In this document: piece by piece, positions 1 to 7,734 of the stretch | How positions within the stretch are numbered: the first letter of the stretch is position 1 | How the letters are laid out: each line of letters opens with the position of its first letter | IMG/VR virus record: IMGVR_UViG_3300020045_007310 | Coordinates: 1-45,078 of that record | Length of the DNA stretch: 45,078 bases | DNA from: a virus | Lineage: Duplodnaviria > Caudoviricetes | Direction: 5' to 3' (one strand) | The notes under the pieces: model-generated | What the model was told of the DNA's origin: nothing | The model's database searches: none | What the model saw: only the letters and a program-made list of their open reading frames with translations | Position numbers and translations under genes: made by a program

Positions 1-121
1 ATAAATCACAATTGCCAAAATCTTTATCGTTGTGATTTTTATACATTCTTGATTCTTGATGTGAAAGGATTTCTTTCGCTTCTGTTCTAAGATTTTCGTT
101 CATGGTTAGATTGATTTGATT
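1..121. repeat. Terminal direct repeat, left copy (circular assembly overlap)
   Basis: 1-121 is identical to 44958-45078 and duplicates the 5' part of ORF 44746..45060, so it is most likely a k-mer overlap of a circular contig. Confidence 0.95.
105..121 (+). repeat. 17-bp direct repeat GTTAGATTGATTTGATT, copy 1
   Basis: Exact second copy at 352-368; the two copies bracket the SEC-C gene. Confidence 0.9.
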
Positions 122-345
122 AAACAGCATTGTTTAAATTTTTTACCGCTTTGACACGGACACTTTTCGTTTCTTTGTGTTTTGGGTTCTTCTCGATGGA
201 TTTTTACGCCACTACCTTTAGCGACTTCATAATCTTTAGTAAGACCAGCGCACTTGTAACAAATTGGCTCTGATTTTCCGCCATATTTGCAAATATCAGT
301 CGATAAATTGCAATGAGCGCAAATATATTTTTTATCTGATTCCAT
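106..345 (-). CDS. Small Zn-binding protein with C-terminal SEC-C motif
   Basis: RNEKCPCQSGKKFKQCC matches the SecA C-terminal SEC-C motif (CPCxSGKKxKxCC); N-terminal CxxC...CxxC. Confidence 0.85.
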   Translation of the reverse strand: MESDKKYICAHCNLSTDICKYGGKSEPICYKCAGLTKDYEVAKGSGVKIHREEPKTQRNEKCPCQSGKKFKQCCLIKSI

Positions 346-348
346 ACT

Positions 349-495
349 TTAGTTAGATTGATTTGATTTGGTTATTATAATTCCATTTTCTATAAGCAAA
401 GATTTGTATTCCTCGTCAGATAAATTATTGTTAATTCTAATTCTCCAACAATCAAATGCCGATAACTTCGCTTTATTTTTCGCTTCTTCGCTCAT
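349..495 (-). CDS. Hypothetical protein, 48 aa (MSEEAKNKAKLSAFDCW...), below the ORF-track cutoff
   Basis: Hand-translated ATG to TAA; fills the gap between neighbouring genes on the coding strand. Confidence 0.6.
   Translation of the reverse strand: MSEEAKNKAKLSAFDCWRIRINNNLSDEEYKSLLIENGIIITKSNQSN
352..368 (+). repeat. 17-bp direct repeat GTTAGATTGATTTGATT, copy 2
   Basis: Exact match to 105-121. Confidence 0.9.
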
Positions 496-513
496 GGTGT
501 TGGGTGTTAGGGG

Positions 514-744
514 TTAAAATGGTAATTCATTTAAAAAAGTTAGTTTGTACCAAGATTTTAAAAGCAAATATTTTCTTCTGATAAAAAAGTAAACTTTAAA
601 AATTGGTTTTCCATCATGGAAATCATTATCATAATATTCATGTTTGCCACATCTGCCACAAACATCACAACCGCAATCGTTATTGGTAATTTTATGCTTC
701 CACAAATAACAAATAGCATTGTCTAGCATTTTTTCAATTTCCAT
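514..744 (-). CDS. Hypothetical protein, Cys-rich
   Basis: ORF track; CLWKH..CxCxxCxRCG. Confidence 0.65.
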   Translation of the reverse strand: MEIEKMLDNAICYLWKHKITNNDCGCDVCGRCGKHEYYDNDFHDGKPIFKVYFFIRRKYLLLKSWYKLTFLNELPF

Positions 745-872
745 TCTTTCTAATATTTTTTAAGTTAATAATACCATTTTCCCGACTTCAGGAAATTGGT
801 TAATAATGCGAGGTTTTGCGATAATCTCGGATGTTTTTATTTATTGCAAGTGAGTAGAATCTATACTAAAAA

Positions 873-1118
873 TTACCAATCTCCACCATCTGATTTCACG
901 TCTTGAAAACTAATAATCTGATTATCGTAATTAAAACTACCTGTGTCTGATATTTCAGGGAATGGATTCTGGTTTGTGTCTCCTAAAAGCATAATATGCA
1001 ACACTCCTGCTATTGAATTAATACAAAGGTTTTTGTCCCATTTCTTCATTAATCTTTCAAAAGACTTGACTTGTTTAATTTGTTTTTCTGTCAATTCTAT
1101 TCCTGCATCTGTTCTCAT
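873..1118 (-). CDS. Hypothetical phage protein (C-terminal DGGDW)
   Basis: ORF track; tight packing with neighbours. Confidence 0.7.
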   Translation of the reverse strand: MRTDAGIELTEKQIKQVKSFERLMKKWDKNLCINSIAGVLHIMLLGDTNQNPFPEISDTGSFNYDNQIISFQDVKSDGGDW

Positions 1119-1124
1119 AATTTA

Positions 1125-1634
1125 TTATTTATTGCAAGTCAATAAGTACCACTGCCCTACGTGTTGTTGGGCGTCGTTCCATTGTTTATAGCAGATTTCG
1201 TCTGTTACTAGCCCATCTTCATCAACAAACTCATTTTCCCCATAAGGATTAACCAAAAGGACATTTAATGAAGTTAGTAGCGAGGCGAAGGATTCGGAAA
1301 GTACTTGGCAATATTTACCAACATAGGCATTTTCTTGACAAGAGTAATTTACATACACCTTTGTCAGTATATCATTCCAACATTCTTTAATCATTTTACT
1401 TTCAACAATCCCCTCTTTCTGCTCGTCAGTTAGTTCGGAAACGAAGCCTTGTAGTTGCCAATCGTAGCCATTAGGAATATTTATCATTTTAAAACCTCTT
1501 ATTATTGGGTGTTTTAAGCATAGAATATTGTTTCCTTCAAACGCTTCTTTAGTAACTGAATGTACTTTCCATTGTTCGGGTAACATCACAAATAAGCAAT
1601 GTTTTTTCGTTGTTTCAAATTGTATTTGGTTCAT
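1125..1634 (-). CDS. Hypothetical phage protein
   Basis: 169-aa ORF on the coding strand. Confidence 0.75.
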   Translation of the reverse strand: MNQIQFETTKKHCLFVMLPEQWKVHSVTKEAFEGNNILCLKHPIIRGFKMINIPNGYDWQLQGFVSELTDEQKEGIVESKMIKECWNDILTKVYVNYSCQENAYVGKYCQVLSESFASLLTSLNVLLVNPYGENEFVDEDGLVTDEICYKQWNDAQQHVGQWYLLTCNK

Positions 1635-1651
1635 GGGTGGGTGGTGTTAAG

Positions 1652-2140
1652 TTATTTTGATAGGCGAATCCATCCTAAAGATTGAAGTTGTTCTACTGAT
1701 AATCCCATATAAGGCAAAGCGTAGGATTTGGAACGTAGGTAGTCGTAAGATTCTAGAATCCTTGTTTCATATCCGTTATACTTTTCTTTATTATAGTAAT
1801 CCCAATAAATGGTGTAATCACTATATAAGTATACAATGCCCCCGTAATTATCACCATCTTTTTTGGAAGTAATAATTCCTTTCAATACGTTTTTATCATT
1901 ACTATTAAAAGTTTCGATAATGTCGTAATTTGAGATATTTATTATTTCAGCCACCTCGATAGCATCTTCATCGGTAATTTGTGAAAGCGGGGTTAGCTGT
2001 AGATAATCTGACTCGTTAAGGTCGTCTTTTAAATCCATTCCTATAACTTCAAATATCACATCATTACTTCCGCTACACAAAACTTTTTGACCAAAGTACT
2101 GTGCAAAAAATTTACCTTTATTTTCCTTTGTATTCTCCAT
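1652..2140 (-). CDS. Conserved Bacteroidota-phage hypothetical protein
   Basis: ENKGKFFAQYFGQKV...LTPLSQITDEDA...DYLRSKSYALPYMGLSVE pattern recalled from Flavobacteriia phages. Confidence 0.75.
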   Translation of the reverse strand: MENTKENKGKFFAQYFGQKVLCSGSNDVIFEVIGMDLKDDLNESDYLQLTPLSQITDEDAIEVAEIINISNYDIIETFNSNDKNVLKGIITSKKDGDNYGGIVYLYSDYTIYWDYYNKEKYNGYETRILESYDYLRSKSYALPYMGLSVEQLQSLGWIRLSK

Positions 2141-2188
2141 TCTCTCTATTTTTTAAATTAATTAATCCGCTTTGATTGGTTGGGGTGG

Positions 2189-2500
2189 TTATTCTTTGCT
2201 AAGCCATTCGTATTTAGATACTATCCACTCTTTTACTGGATTCATTATATTTGTATAGCATTCAGATTCTTCAAACGAAGCTTCAAAATATCCATCTTCA
2301 AATTGACCTTGACACCCATATCTAAATAAACTACGTCTTAGTATTTTTTCAGCTTCTTTTTTAGTTAGCTTTTTTGGAAAATATTCGCTGTTATTGTAAT
2401 AATAATCAGTAAGCGCAATTGTAAAAACTCTAAGCGAAACATTATGTTCAACACGAACAACAAATATTTTTTCACCGCCTTGTAAAGTGTATTTTTCCAT
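2189..2500 (-). CDS. Hypothetical protein
   Basis: ORF track. Confidence 0.7.
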   Translation of the reverse strand: MEKYTLQGGEKIFVVRVEHNVSLRVFTIALTDYYYNNSEYFPKKLTKKEAEKILRRSLFRYGCQGQFEDGYFEASFEESECYTNIMNPVKEWIVSKYEWLSKE

Positions 2501-2513
2501 AACTCCTCTTATT

Positions 2514-2765
2514 TTAATTAATAATATTCTCTAACTTGTTTAAAAGCATTGTAGTTGTTCCGTTTTCAGATTCTATTGAACGCCCGAAAGCAATAACCTC
2601 TTTAATCGCTTCGATTTTAGCTTTTTCAGCCATGTATTTCACTTGATACTCGCCCGTTTCCATTCGTGCGATTTCTAACTCCGAAAAGTTCTCGTAATCA
2701 TCTTTTATATCCGATTCCATTATCGGACTTTTAGGGTGGTGTATTAGGTCGTGTTCGGGGGTCAT
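2514..2765 (-). CDS. Hypothetical protein
   Basis: ORF track. Confidence 0.7.
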   Translation of the reverse strand: MTPEHDLIHHPKSPIMESDIKDDYENFSELEIARMETGEYQVKYMAEKAKIEAIKEVIAFGRSIESENGTTTMLLNKLENIIN

Positions 2766-2911
2766 TTGTTGTTAGGTTTTAAAAAATCATAAACATCCAT
2801 CCCGATTAAAACGCTTCCAAGTATTCCATTAAATACAGCACACGATTCAACTGCGCTATCATTAATTGCAGACGCAATCGTAATTAATCCAAAAAATACT
2901 GCTGTTCTCAT
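2762..2911 (-). CDS. Small hydrophobic protein, 49 aa (MRTAVFFGLITIASAIN...)
   Basis: Hand-translated; ATGA overlaps with both neighbours (translational coupling). Confidence 0.6.
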   Translation of the reverse strand: MRTAVFFGLITIASAINDSAVESCAVFNGILGSVLIGMDVYDFLKPNNK

Positions 2912-3126
2912 AACTCTCTCTTTTTAAATTCTTTTTCAATTAATTTCTCTACACTATCTACACCAAGTGCTTTAAGTAGTTTGTTTACTGTTTCTAGGGT
3001 TGGGGTTGATTTGCCGTGTTCAATGTCGGAAATGTAGTTTTGACTTAATCCCGTTTCTGCTGATAACTGTTTTTGTAGTATTTTCAGTTTGATGCGACGG
3101 GATTTTAGTAGTTGTGGGATGTTCAT
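2908..3126 (-). CDS. XRE/Cro-family helix-turn-helix regulator
   Basis: LKSRRIKLKILQKQLSAETGLSQNYISDIEHGKSTPTLETV is a canonical HTH_3 pattern. Confidence 0.9.
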   Translation of the reverse strand: MNIPQLLKSRRIKLKILQKQLSAETGLSQNYISDIEHGKSTPTLETVNKLLKALGVDSVEKLIEKEFKKREL

Positions 3127-3128
3127 TG

Positions 3129-3335
3129 TTAAAATGCTAGTTCTAAATTTATAGTGATTATTTCTTTTTCTGATAATGCGTTTTGTATTCTTAGCTTTAT
3201 AGCTACTGCGCCAGTTAATTCAAACACATCGTCTTCCCAAACAAATACTAATTTTTCGTTTTCTATTTTGAAAACACGAAGTTTTTTATGTCTAGGTGTT
3301 ACAGATTCTGTTGTTAAGTAGTAGTAAGTGTTCAT
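3129..3335 (-). CDS. Hypothetical protein
   Basis: ORF track; first gene after the promoter at 3365-3372. Confidence 0.7.
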   Translation of the reverse strand: MNTYYYLTTESVTPRHKKLRVFKIENEKLVFVWEDDVFELTGAVAIKLRIQNALSEKEIITINLELAF

Positions 3336-3364
3336 AATTTCTAAGTGTTTAAATTAATAATATT

Positions 3365-3395
3365 CAAATCTACAAAATTAATCGTTACCAACGAT
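3365..3395 (-). promoter_or_regulatory. Bacteroidota sigma-A promoter (-7 TAGATTTG, 3365-3372) with overlapping operator-like palindrome ATCGTT-acc-AACGAT (3381-3395)
   Basis: Matches TAnnTTTG; perfect 6-bp inverted repeat over the -33 region, upstream of the HTH-containing operon. Confidence 0.65.
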
Positions 3396-3427
3396 ACAAA
3401 CAACCCTTAAATTTTCATTATTAGTGG

Positions 3428-3450
3428 ATATTTAGAATTGGTTTAAATAA
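3428..3450. promoter_or_regulatory. 23-bp imperfect palindrome ATATTTAGAATTGGTTTAAATAA (recurrent box)
   Basis: One of five similar intergenic boxes upstream of leftward promoters. Confidence 0.55.
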
Positions 3451-3452
3451 GG

Positions 3453-3674
3453 TTAGCGAATACGAGCAATAACATCATTCTTTATTTCATAAGCATCTTG
3501 CATATCGTACCATCGATGAAGATATATTGCGCTTGAAAAAACACGCCCTAAAACATCTTCAATTTTCATTATAGGAATAAATTTCTCATTGGGATTTTTA
3601 TTCTCTTTTTCAAAATCTATGAATAATTTATAACTGCTAGTGACAACCGCCACCTCTTTAATATCTGCATCCAT
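3453..3674 (-). CDS. Hypothetical protein
   Basis: ORF track. Confidence 0.7.
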   Translation of the reverse strand: MDADIKEVAVVTSSYKLFIDFEKENKNPNEKFIPIMKIEDVLGRVFSSAIYLHRWYDMQDAYEIKNDVIARIR

Positions 3675-3681
3675 AACTTCT

Positions 3682-3930
3682 CTAATTTAATTGATATTCC
3701 GATTTTGCGGATTGGGTTAGTTCTGCGAGTAGGTTCTCTGCGAATTGATAGTCTAGTTTGCGGAAATTTCTAGCCTCCCACATATCTTCTTGATTATATT
3801 CTTCAAATCCAATCCAATCCCCATCGATGTAATTTATAGTTACCATTTCGTGTAGTTTTGGAGATGGAACGATTCTCTGAGTAGTTAAGCAAAAATTATC
3901 AAAAAAACACACAAAACACTTTCTCTCCAA
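3682..3930 (-). CDS. Hypothetical protein (start uncertain)
   Basis: ORF track; non-ATG start. Confidence 0.6.
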   Translation of the reverse strand: MERKCFVCFFDNFCLTTQRIVPSPKLHEMVTINYIDGDWIGFEEYNQEDMWEARNFRKLDYQFAENLLAELTQSAKSEYQLN

Positions 3931-3950
3931 TTTTAAATGTACTCATGTTT

Positions 3951-4178
3951 CTAGTTTTGAAATTTTAAATAATTTGGCAATGGGTTGTTGCAAAAACCAA
4001 TTGCATGGTTAATGATTGTTTCTTGTTTCAATTCAGCATTAAAATTATCGGGTTTACTCATTATTTTATCCAACTGTGATTTGTTGAATAGTTTGAAATA
4101 ATGGTTGACTGAAGCGTATTTTAAACGTGGGTTTTGCAACGCTTGGAACTTTTCTAAATCTGTTGGTTGTTGGTTCAT
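3951..4178 (-). CDS. Hypothetical protein
   Basis: ORF track; ATGA coupling. Confidence 0.7.
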   Translation of the reverse strand: MNQQPTDLEKFQALQNPRLKYASVNHYFKLFNKSQLDKIMSKPDNFNAELKQETIINHAIGFCNNPLPNYLKFQN

Positions 4179-4414
4179 GGTGTTAGTGGTTTATTAGCGT
4201 TTTCAATTGCGCTCATGTGGTCGTAAACCCACGCTCTAGCTTTAATATGATCATTGCTATTAGGTTTTCTGAATATAGAACCAAACTCTTTACTTAAAAG
4301 TTGGATATGTACTGGTTCGCCTTGCTTCATTTCATAAACCTCAAATATTTCGGCTGCTACTTTGTCAAATCTGGGTTTAATTGAAAAACCTATTTCTTTG
4401 TTATTTACTTTCAT
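4175..4414 (-). CDS. Hypothetical protein
   Basis: ORF track; ATGA coupling. Confidence 0.7.
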   Translation of the reverse strand: MKVNNKEIGFSIKPRFDKVAAEIFEVYEMKQGEPVHIQLLSKEFGSIFRKPNSNDHIKARAWVYDHMSAIENANKPLTP

Positions 4415-4626
4415 AATTCTACAATTTTCCAGTTAAGGTTGTTGATGTGGGTGCAGTTGTTTAGTAAGCAAAACGCAACTTGCCCCTTATCATTTATAAT
4501 TTCAAAACTTAAATTATCGTTTAAGCATAAATCAACATAATTTACCCTGTATTTTTTGTCTTTAGTCAGGAATTTGCCATCTTTCGGAGGCGTTACATAC
4601 ATTCCGTTTTTTAGTGTTGTTGGCAT
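4411..4626 (-). CDS. Small beta-rich (SH3-like) hypothetical protein
   Basis: LTKDKKYRV...FEIINDKG pattern typical of small phage SH3-like proteins (inference). Confidence 0.6.
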   Translation of the reverse strand: MPTTLKNGMYVTPPKDGKFLTKDKKYRVNYVDLCLNDNLSFEIINDKGQVAFCLLNNCTHINNLNWKIVEL

Positions 4627-4865
4627 GGTGTTAGCATATTTAAAAGATTATTATATTTTTTTTCAGCTAGTTTAAATTCATTTCTAGCTTCTGTAAGAGA
4701 TTTTTTAATAAGTCTAATTCTAGCTTTATTAAAATTTTCTTCGCTGCAATGAGTTCCTAACATGACACCGTTTGAAACATAATATTGATTTTCCCAAGAC
4801 GGGTATGCAATTTTAGTTTTTTTAATTTTTCCGTTTTTACTAATTTCTATTTGAAAATACTTCAT
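4611..4865 (-). CDS. Hypothetical protein
   Basis: ORF track. Confidence 0.65.
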   Translation of the reverse strand: MKYFQIEISKNGKIKKTKIAYPSWENQYYVSNGVMLGTHCSEENFNKARIRLIKKSLTEARNEFKLAEKKYNNLLNMLTPCQQH

Positions 4866-4973
4866 CTTTCCTATAATTCAAAGGATTATCATTAGTCAAT
4901 CTATTCTGCAATGCTCTTATAATTGCTCCCGTTTCTTGCTCTAGTAGTGACGGGGTGTTTGGGTTTACAGGCG

Positions 4974-5153
4974 TCATTGTCCTAGAGATTTTCTAATAAA
5001 ATCAGCACTTTTTTGAAATGCTTGTTCATTTTGTAGTTGCTCTAATTTCCAAATAACATCTATATTTGATTCCATTAGAAACATTTTATCAATGTCTTCT
5101 CTAAGATCTTTAAGCATTTGTATTGTTTCTGGTTTTAGCTTGGTATTTTCCAT
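4974..5153 (-). CDS. Hypothetical protein, 59 aa (MENTKLKPETIQML...)
   Basis: Hand-translated; just under the ORF-track cutoff. Confidence 0.6.
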   Translation of the reverse strand: MENTKLKPETIQMLKDLREDIDKMFLMESNIDVIWKLEQLQNEQAFQKSADFIRKSLGQ

Positions 5154-5158
5154 CTCTC

Positions 5159-5317
5159 CTATTTTTTTAATAATTCTGTTAATGCTTCTTTGTTTAAATC
5201 TCGGACTGCTATTATAGCTTTCCTTAAATTTTCTTTTGACCCGTGAGCGTCAATATCTTCTTGTGAAAATTTATAGTTCCCAAAGAATTGTTTTTTGCGG
5301 TGTTCTTTTTTGTTCAT
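5159..5317 (-). CDS. Hypothetical protein, 52 aa (MNKKEHRKKQFFGNYKF...)
   Basis: Hand-translated; fills the gap. Confidence 0.6.
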   Translation of the reverse strand: MNKKEHRKKQFFGNYKFSQEDIDAHGSKENLRKAIIAVRDLNKEALTELLKK

Positions 5318-5319
5318 AT

Positions 5320-5832
5320 TTAAGATATTAAAACAACATTAAACGCATCTTTTTTAAAATAAACGTTTCCAGTACTACGCTCTCTTACAACTGCTTTATC
5401 ATTTACTTTATTTTGGTCACAAATGTAAATATCTAAATATGAGTTTCCCCGAGCAGTTACGGTTGAGTTTCCCCAAGCAGTTACGGTTGAGTTTCCCCGA
5501 GCAGTTACGGTTGAGTTTTCCCAAGCAGTTACGGTTGAGTTTCCCCGAGCAGTTACGGTTGAGTTATAAACGAAAAAACTACCGTTTTTTAATTCTAAGT
5601 TAGTTTTTGAAATATAGATATTTGCTTCTAGTAAAATTTCGTCTGAAACATTCGACAATATTTCTGAATTGATAATTTTATGTTCAAAACACCAATAGTC
5701 GTTATCGGTAAGAACTTTCAATAAATCAACGTAATTGTCCGTTAACAAAAGTCTTTTAAATTCGGGTTGACAAGCACCTTCTTCTTTGCATCTTTTTACA
5801 ATAAACTCTTTAAACGAGGTAAAATCTTTCAT
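5320..5832 (-). CDS. Protein with 8-aa NSTVTA(R/W)(G/E) repeats (probable beta-helix)
   Basis: Five tandem 8-aa repeats; N-terminal GAC motif. Confidence 0.85.
   Translation of the reverse strand: MKDFTSFKEFIVKRCKEEGACQPEFKRLLLTDNYVDLLKVLTDNDYWCFEHKIINSEILSNVSDEILLEANIYISKTNLELKNGSFFVYNSTVTARGNSTVTAWENSTVTARGNSTVTAWGNSTVTARGNSYLDIYICDQNKVNDKAVVRERSTGNVYFKKDAFNVVLIS
5441..5565. repeat. 24-bp coding tandem repeat, 5 copies (GAGTTTCCCCGAGCAGTTACGGTT)
   Basis: Units start at 5441, 5465, 5489, 5513 and 5537; no spacers. Confidence 0.95.
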
Positions 5833-5871
5833 AATTTCTATTTTTAAATGTTGTTGTTTTTAATTCTGATG

Positions 5872-5911
5872 TAAAGATACAATCATTTTTGTAGTTACCA
5901 AAAATAACTAC
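5872..5911 (-). promoter_or_regulatory. Promoter (-7 TATCTTTA, 5872-5879) with operator-like palindrome GTAGTTA-ccaaaaa-TAACTAC (5891-5911)
   Basis: Near-consensus -7 element; 7-bp perfect inverted repeat at the -33 region. Confidence 0.55.
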
Positions 5912-5932
5912 TATTATTTTTATAAAACCATT

Positions 5933-5955
5933 CTATTTATATTTAATCTAAATAA
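5933..5955. promoter_or_regulatory. 23-bp recurrent palindromic box CTATTTATATTTAATCTAAATAA
   Basis: Lies between a terminator and a promoter; matches the other four boxes. Confidence 0.55.
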
Positions 5956-5979
5956 AAGAAACCGCTTGTTACGGCGGTT
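5955..5979 (-). terminator. Intrinsic terminator
   Basis: AACCGC/GCGGTT stem followed by a U-rich tract on the minus strand. Confidence 0.65.
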
Positions 5980-6004
5980 GTGGGGTTATTTTACAGATTT
6001 ACTG

Positions 6005-6211
6005 TTAGTGGTTATTTTGTTGCAATTCCTCTGCGCTTTTGCAAAACTTACACTGTTTGGAACAAGGATTATTATTGTAATCACCATCGTCTTGATTACA
6101 ATAAAATTGCTCGATTAACTCGACAACGTCCTTTTGATTCAACGCCTTGTTTTTATTTGTATATTTAGCCATATTCTTATTTACTTTTAACTCTACTCCT
6201 ACTCCAAACAC
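6005..6211 (-). CDS. Hypothetical protein (probable start at internal MAKYTN)
   Basis: ORF track; C-terminal CxxxCxxC. Confidence 0.55.
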   Translation of the reverse strand: MFGVGVELKVNKNMAKYTNKNKALNQKDVVELIEQFYCNQDDGDYNNNPCSKQCKFCKSAEELQQNNH

Positions 6212-6815
6212 TTTTACTAACTCCTATCATATAACCATCCTTGCTTAACAAATCCTTACCGCCCGATATTAGCAACCCATTTGCGTTTAAATACGATATA
6301 GTAGGCAATATAGCAGTATTTGAAAATGATGGATTAGAAACGGTATTTACGCCTAAAAACACGGTGTATTGTTTTAGGGTTGCGTTGATTGTTTGCGGTT
6401 TGATTGTGTAGTTCATTCCGATGCCGTAAATCTCACCAGAATACTTTCCGAAAATGTTTACTTTGATTGTATCGTTATCGAATGTTTTGGCGAAGTTTTT
6501 AGGCGTTGACTTTTCGATAAACATAGCTAGCTTGATTGAATCATTTTGTTGTTTGAAACTGTCAACTAGCTTTGTGGCTTTCGATACAATCGCATAATCA
6601 ATGGAGTCAATTACGGTTTTGTAAATTACTTTGCCATTACGATATGCAACCGTTGGCAATTTAATTGTATCATGTACGGTAACGGTGTCTATTCGGAATG
6701 CGCCTTTCACTTCTTTGGTTTTGAAAGTTATATCTTTGCCGTTGCTATTGCATTCTTTTAACAATAACAATACAGCAATAGCAAGTAGGATTGTTAGGAT
6801 GGTGTCTCGTTTCAT
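6177..6815 (-). CDS. Membrane-anchored envelope protein, spanin-like candidate
   Basis: N-terminal hydrophobic helix followed by Cys (LLLLKEC); DTVTVHDTI; C-terminal amphipathic beta strands ending in an aromatic residue plus a basic tail. Confidence 0.6.
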   Translation of the reverse strand: MKRDTILTILLAIAVLLLLKECNSNGKDITFKTKEVKGAFRIDTVTVHDTIKLPTVAYRNGKVIYKTVIDSIDYAIVSKATKLVDSFKQQNDSIKLAMFIEKSTPKNFAKTFDNDTIKVNIFGKYSGEIYGIGMNYTIKPQTINATLKQYTVFLGVNTVSNPSFSNTAILPTISYLNANGLLISGGKDLLSKDGYMIGVSKSVWSRSRVKSK

Positions 6816-7033
6816 ATCTTTTTAATTGCGTCTTGAAGTCTATAAAAATACGCTTTAGTCTGTACTATTTGCGTAAGAAAGTCAGTTGAGTTTCCTTTAA
6901 TTGTAGGGTTAGTTTGCAAAATACAATCTATTGCTATCAAGGCGTATTTCTTAGCATCATCTAGCATTAAAGGCGGTTCTTGAAATTGAAACTTTATTAA
7001 AAAGGCTCGTGCGTCAATATCTATTTCATTCAT
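6812..7033 (-). CDS. Hypothetical phage protein
   Basis: AKKYALIAIDCIL...YFYRLQDAIKKI pattern recalled from aquatic phages. Confidence 0.7.
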   Translation of the reverse strand: MNEIDIDARAFLIKFQFQEPPLMLDDAKKYALIAIDCILQTNPTIKGNSTDFLTQIVQTKAYFYRLQDAIKKI

Positions 7034-7072
7034 ATCTCTATTTTTTAATCGTTAAGTAAATTAGATGTGTTT

Positions 7073-7459
7073 TCATTTGGTTAGGGTTAGTTCGGTTTGT
7101 GTTAGTGCGTAGTATAGGTTTTGTAACTCGTGAACATAACTTAGTGTTAATCTATTAAACTTACACCACGCAATAGGCAAAGTATATTTATATAACGGAA
7201 ACCACTCGTTTTTTGAATAAGGCTCTAATTCAAACTCAAAATAATTCATATTATTACCCATAACAGAAAAACCAAAATCTTTTAACCAAGCTTCTGTTAG
7301 CGGGATTCCCTCAAAAGTATTTGTTTCAATCCAAGTTTTATCACTTTCATTTTCGACTGTCAATCCCTCTGTATCAATTCCAATTACTTTAAATTCAACT
7401 TGGTCTTCTGCATACATTACGTAATTCCCAATCCTTAAATCTCTCGCTGTTATTTCCAT
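7073..7459 (-). CDS. Conserved Bacteroidota-phage protein (LRIGN...GIPLTEAWL..FGF...VHELQNLYYALT)
   Basis: Recognisable recurrent motif set; function unknown. Confidence 0.8.
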   Translation of the reverse strand: MEITARDLRIGNYVMYAEDQVEFKVIGIDTEGLTVENESDKTWIETNTFEGIPLTEAWLKDFGFSVMGNNMNYFEFELEPYSKNEWFPLYKYTLPIAWCKFNRLTLSYVHELQNLYYALTQTELTLTK

Positions 7460-7734
7460 TTCCTATATATTTTAAATTAATAAATTCGGCGTTTCGTGGG
7501 TGGTTATTTACTTATTACAAGCTCGTAACCAAATAATTCAATACCTCTAGCTTCTTTTTGTTAATTAAAAAAGGAATTGATATTGTCAAAAATGCTCTAT
7601 CGATATTTATTAAAAATCCTAATTGCCACTTGAAATAAATTGCAAATCTAAATTGTCCCATATTTTCTGTTTTTGTTTTAAAACCGAAAAACCCGACTGT
7701 TTACATCGAGGCTTTCGATTGGGGTTGTTAATAT

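Noticed and set aside
1-121. Biological terminal repeat of the virion DNA
   Set aside because: Exact 121-bp overlap cutting through a gene is more consistent with a circular-assembly k-mer overlap; read-end analysis would be needed to show otherwise
5441-5565. CRISPR array
   Set aside because: Units are directly adjacent with no spacers, are 24 bp in frame and encode an 8-aa protein repeat; no cas genes
7681-7720. Sixth kissing-loop leader
   Set aside because: A hairpin with U-tract is present, but I found no upstream promoter or HP1 with a complementary loop; treated as a plain terminator-like hairpin. The same applies to 5955-5979, 9494-9525, 33428-33456 and 39604-39628
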